Origin: an uncultured delta proteobacterium
GTDB taxonomy: Bacteria; Myxococcota_A; Polyangia; Polyangiales; Polyangiaceae
Length of the DNA: 64,000 bases
NCBI GenBank assembly: GCA_963806225.1
Contig: CAWDXG010000004.1
Span: 1,088,001-1,152,000 of the forward strand
Direction: 5' to 3'
In this document: positions 60,908 to 64,000 of the stretch, in pieces
Numbering within the stretch: position 1 is the stretch's first letter
How the letters are laid out: each line of letters begins with the position of its first letter
The notes under the pieces: generated by a model
What the model was told of the DNA's origin: nothing
The model's database searches: none
The model's input: only the letters and a program-made list of their open reading frames with translations
Made by a program: the position numbers and the translations under genes

Positions 60908-62163
60908 TGCTCCGGTCCTCCTTCCCTCGTTCACGCGCACGGCGCTCCGGCTTTACCCTTGTGGAGCTGATGGTCGCGATCACGGGCGGGCTGATCGTGT
61001 CGATCGTGGTGTTCGAGCTGGCGAAGGACGCCTCGCGTTTCTACAAGAGCGAAACGCGCACTGCCGACGCGACGCTGGCCGGAATGGTCGGCTTCGAGCG
61101 CCTGCAGAACGACATCGCCCGCGCGGCCTTCATGGCGTCACCCAACGTGCGCCGCGACCCGTCGGTGTGCGGCAATCCGGTCGGCGATGCCAGCTGGCCG
61201 ACGGAGCTCAAGCACATGGCCGGCCTGCGCATCGGCAGCTCGCCGACCAACACCACGCTCAAGGCCAACGGCCTCGCGCCGGACAGCATCACGCTCGCCG
61301 GCAGCTTCTCCTCCGTGGAGGAGTTTCCGATCTGGGGCGTGACCGACAGCGGCTCGACCTACATCGTCGCATTGCAGACGAAGATCGGTCCGCTGGCGCG
61401 CATGGGGTACGACGCCAGCAAGACGCAGCTGCAGATCCTGTCGTCCGTGTTCGGAGTGGGCCGGGCACTGCGCATCGTCGATCGTTCGGGCAAGGCCCAG
61501 TACGGCACCATCAAGGACGTCAACGCTTCGCCACCCCAGGTCATCCTCACCCACAACCCCACGCTGCGCCTGCGGACGAGCGCCAGCAGCATCTGCGGCA
61601 TCCGCGCCAACGAGACCGGGTACGTCAACGTGGTCAACTTCGTCAAGTACGAGGTCAAGAGCCTCAGGGGCAATGCCGACTACGCGCCGATCTACTCGGA
61701 CGCCGGCGCGGCGCCCTGGGACGGGGATCGCACCGAGCTGGTGCGATCCGAGCTCGACACCTCCGGCCAGGAGATCGCGAACACCCAGGAAGTGGTCGCG
61801 GAGTACGCGGTGGACCTGAAGTTCGGGCTCACGGTCGTCAGCGGAACCATCCTCAACCAGACCGATCCGACCCTGACCACGCTGGCGCCGGGCGACACGT
61901 CGAACATCCTCAAGTACGCGGGCGATACCACCGGCATCACTTCGCCGCTCTTCGGCCCCCAGCGCATACGGGCGGTGCGGGTACGCCTCTCCGTGCGCTC
62001 GCGCGAGGCGGACCGCTCGGCCAATATCACGGCCGGCGGCGCGATCGCCCCCGGGTTGTACCGCATCGGGCTCGGCGCCAACGGCGCCCCGCCCTTCGCC
62101 CGCGTCCGCACGCTGCAGGCGGATGTCTCGCTGCCGAACCAGATGGGGACGCTGTGGAACTGA
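60907..62163 (+). CDS. pilW: PilW-like minor pilin
   Basis: SG|FTLVELMVAI; IRAVRVRLSVRS near the C-terminus. Confidence 0.82.
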   Translation: MLRSSFPRSRARRSGFTLVELMVAITGGLIVSIVVFELAKDASRFYKSETRTADATLAGMVGFERLQNDIARAAFMASPNVRRDPSVCGNPVGDASWPTELKHMAGLRIGSSPTNTTLKANGLAPDSITLAGSFSSVEEFPIWGVTDSGSTYIVALQTKIGPLARMGYDASKTQLQILSSVFGVGRALRIVDRSGKAQYGTIKDVNASPPQVILTHNPTLRLRTSASSICGIRANETGYVNVVNFVKYEVKSLRGNADYAPIYSDAGAAPWDGDRTELVRSELDTSGQEIANTQEVVAEYAVDLKFGLTVVSGTILNQTDPTLTTLAPGDTSNILKYAGDTTGITSPLFGPQRIRAVRVRLSVRSREADRSANITAGGAIAPGLYRIGLGANGAPPFARVRTLQADVSLPNQMGTLWN

Positions 62164-62849
62164 CACGGCACAGGGCACGGCGCGGCGAGCGCGGCGCGGC
62201 GGTGTTCATCGTCGTGATGGTGATCGTGCTCCTGACGGCCATCGGCATCGTCGCCGCGCGCAGCGCCAGCCTGGTCGACGAGGCCTCGGGCTATAGCCGC
62301 CAGGCGCTGCAGACCTACTACCTCACGGACTACGCCGGGCGCGTGGCCACCAGCGAGCTCGGCAGCAAGCCCCAGACGTATCTCGACCTGATGCGCAAAG
62401 GCGCGGAGGCTTGCCCGTCCAACAAGCTGGTAACCCCCGTGACCTCGGGCGCGCCCATCCCTTGTTACAAGCTGTTCATGAGCGAGCTCGCTGGCCGCGT
62501 CGCTGACAACTACAACGGCCAGACGCTTCTCGACGCCCAGACCACGAGCGCCCCGGGCAGCCTGGGAGCACCGCTGTCCAGCGGCGCCGACATGCTCAAC
62601 GGCGTGTTCATGGTCGAGATGATCGAGGCCTACAAGGCAGATCCGAAAGCGAAGTCCGACGTGGGCGGAGGCGCCAACTCGTTCTTCGATGTGAAGGTGA
62701 CGCTGACGGCCTTCGGCCAGATCCGCTCGATGCCCAGCTCGGGTGTCAACACCGACCCGTGGTGTGCGCCGAAGACCGGCGTCTCCAGCAGCGCCAGCGT
62801 GCAGGCAGTGCGCGCGCACGTGACCCTGCCGAACATCCCGGCGCAGTAG
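62154..62849 (+). CDS. pilX: PilX-like minor pilin
   Basis: ERG|AAVFIVVMVIVLL lacking Glu5, as in PilX/GspK. Confidence 0.8.
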   Translation: MELTRHRARRGERGAAVFIVVMVIVLLTAIGIVAARSASLVDEASGYSRQALQTYYLTDYAGRVATSELGSKPQTYLDLMRKGAEACPSNKLVTPVTSGAPIPCYKLFMSELAGRVADNYNGQTLLDAQTTSAPGSLGAPLSSGADMLNGVFMVEMIEAYKADPKAKSDVGGGANSFFDVKVTLTAFGQIRSMPSSGVNTDPWCAPKTGVSSSASVQAVRAHVTLPNIPAQ

Positions 62850-62863
62850 AGGGAGAAGAGACC

Positions 62864-64000
62864 ATGTACCCTCGTAGATTCCTTCAGCGTTTCCCGAGGC
62901 CCCCCGGGCTTCTGGTCGCCGCGTTTGCGGCCGCCGGCGTTCTGGGTCTGTCCGGCCTGGCCCGGGCTCAGACGGACGTGAATCCGCCGCTGCCCAACGT
63001 GATGCTGCTCGTCGATACGTCGGGATCGATGGAGTACAAGTCTTCCAGCTCCGACTACCCCACCTGCGACCCGACGGGCGCGACGCCGAGCGAGAAGAGC
63101 CGGTGGATCGACCTTTTGAGCGTGCTCACCGGCTCCATCCAGGACTATCGCTGCTACTCCGAAGACCGGAGCTCGCTGGCGTTCAAGCAGGAGTACTCGC
63201 TCGGCTCGACGCTCCCGTACGACCTCGACTACATGAACCCCTACCACCGCCCGCTGAGTGGCACCTGCACCCCCGGCCCCGGCGTACTGCCCTCGCCCAA
63301 CGCCTACACGTTCCCGAGCGGCGCGATCCACTACCACCCCTACGACAACCCGACAGGCAGCTGCTCGAACTTCTCCCAGGCCAGCGACGGACTGCTCGAC
63401 TCGTTCCAGACGCGGGTGCGCTTCGGCCTGATGACGTTCGACACGCTGCCGGATCCGGGCACCGGCGTCAGCGGCACGTCGCCCGACTACCTGAGCGGCG
63501 TGCGCGGCACCTGGAGCTACTTCGTAGGCCAACCGCACCAGGGCAAGCCCACCGGCTGCGGCACGCTGTCGAACCAGGAGGTCGGGGCGCGCAATGCTGC
63601 AGCGCCACCCTGGGAAGGCCGCATGGTGGCGTTCGGTGATCCGAACGCCTCGGGCGGCGCTATCACAACCAGGAACGAGCAGATCCAGCAGATCCTGCTC
63701 GCATCGCGCCCCTACGGCGCCACGCCAATCGCCGGCATGCTCGACGACGCAAGGGATTTCTTCTGGAATGACCATTCCAAGGATCCGGTCGATACCAGCA
63801 AGGACTTCGGGCCCTACAACGACCCGTACGTGGCCGGCGGCTGCCGCAAGAACTTCGTCGTCCTGCTCAGCGACGGCGAGCCGAACATGGACCTCAGGCC
63901 ATTCTGCGATGCGTCCGGCAGTCCGGCGGGCCAGTGCCCGTACAAGGACAAGCCGGAAGAAGTCTCCGCCGACCTTGCCAATGCGGCGCTTCACAAGCCC
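62864..64000 (+). CDS. pilY1: PilY1-like tip adhesin with vWA domain (partial)
   Basis: Read manually from the ATG at 62864: signal peptide, NVMLLVDTSGSM (MIDAS), RFGLMTF, GATPIAG, CRKNFVVLLSDGEPN; follows pilX. Confidence 0.85.
   Translation, partial: MYPRRFLQRFPRPPGLLVAAFAAAGVLGLSGLARAQTDVNPPLPNVMLLVDTSGSMEYKSSSSDYPTCDPTGATPSEKSRWIDLLSVLTGSIQDYRCYSEDRSSLAFKQEYSLGSTLPYDLDYMNPYHRPLSGTCTPGPGVLPSPNAYTFPSGAIHYHPYDNPTGSCSNFSQASDGLLDSFQTRVRFGLMTFDTLPDPGTGVSGTSPDYLSGVRGTWSYFVGQPHQGKPTGCGTLSNQEVGARNAAAPPWEGRMVAFGDPNASGGAITTRNEQIQQILLASRPYGATPIAGMLDDARDFFWNDHSKDPVDTSKDFGPYNDPYVAGGCRKNFVVLLSDGEPNMDLRPFCDASGSPAGQCPYKDKPEEVSADLANAALHKP

Overview
High-GC chromosomal window, most likely from a myxobacterium (Polyangiaceae/Sorangium-like; inferred from Glt-type gliding genes, a TIGR02266-type PilZ gene, eukaryotic-like kinases and Gly/Cys-rich lipoproteins). 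Left to right: a Glt-like TPR/envelope operon divergent from an ECF sigma/anti-sigma pair; desaturase, PilZ, GT-C glycosyltransferase; era-der; an unusual ~1.9 kb cassette (20.4-22.3 kb); ArsA-like ATPase, PHP phosphatase, kinase, two paralogous Cys-rich lipoproteins, FGE-family protein, GMC oxidoreductase, TrmJ-like methylase, threonine aldolase, FHA/PP2C signalling genes, ABC permeases, a Trx-rhodanese fusion, larC/larB, pmbA, scpB/scpA, a second kinase, an orphan FliR/SctT-like gene, MaoC hydratase, parvulin, acyl-CoA dehydrogenase, and a fimU-pilV-pilW-pilX-pilY1 cluster running off the right end. The cassette is the best candidate for an undescribed system: two convergent four-helix-bundle (IVS/Avd-fold) genes, each with its ribosome-binding site locked in a perfect 25-26 bp hairpin and each preceded on its sense strand by GGTC-core 6/7-mer tandem arrays (one about 0.68 kb). 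Many genes, especially at 32-39 kb, carry single-base frameshifts that look like long-read assembly errors. All family calls come from motif recognition by eye; no database searches were run.
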